Origin: Squalus acanthias
Lineage: Eukaryota
Direction: 5' to 3'
DNA length: 64,000 nt
Assembly: GCA_030390025.1 (NCBI GenBank)
Contig: CM059432.1
Location: forward strand, 30,072,001-30,136,000
Part shown: piece after piece, positions 63,776 through 64,000 of the stretch
Layout: every line of letters begins with the position of its first letter
Numbering within the stretch: position 1 is the first letter of the stretch
Made by a program: the position numbers and the translations under genes
The notes under the pieces: model-generated
Seen by the model: the letters and a program-made list of their open reading frames with translations, nothing else
Told to the model about the DNA's origin: nothing
Database searches by the model: none

Positions 63776-64000
63776 AGACACATAGGAATTGCTAGACCAA
63801 AAAGACCACGGTCCATCTAGTTCACCATCTACCATCCTGGCAGTCATATGATACAATGATAATGCAACTGTTGACTAATCATAGCAATTAATCTCTATCA
63901 ATTAGTCTACAATAGACATGAGACGAGGAAAAGCCCTGTGGTGCAATATTCTCGTTAATATTTTTTTGGGTGCGCAGCCCCATTCAAAATACCGCACGTG

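Overview
Eukaryotic vertebrate DNA, almost certainly from a cartilaginous fish: it carries shark-type HE1/V-SINE and DeuSINE (SacSINE1-like) copies and dense CR1/L2 LINEs. The only host coding sequence I can support is one 197-nt minus-strand exon (57672-57868) whose peptide matches my recollection of vertebrate ZC3H3, so the rest of the window is most likely ZC3H3 intron. The introns are a mosaic of nested mobile elements: CR1, L2 and RTE LINEs, SINEs, a solo LTR and several DNA-transposon MITE families with 2-, 3- and 9-bp TSDs, plus three minisatellites. Most notable: (1) a Penelope-type fragment with a minimal hammerhead ribozyme, sense to the pre-mRNA; (2) a 9-bp-TSD (Mutator-like) element family that seeds a minisatellite; (3) a 5'-inverted (twin-primed) RTE; (4) two CR1 5' junctions carrying sequence copied from nearby DNA; (5) two equal-length MITEs with unrelated cores; (6) an unclassified ~1 kb repeat inverted on either side of the exon. 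No database searches were run. Family names come from motif recognition, and boundaries of degraded repeats are approximate.
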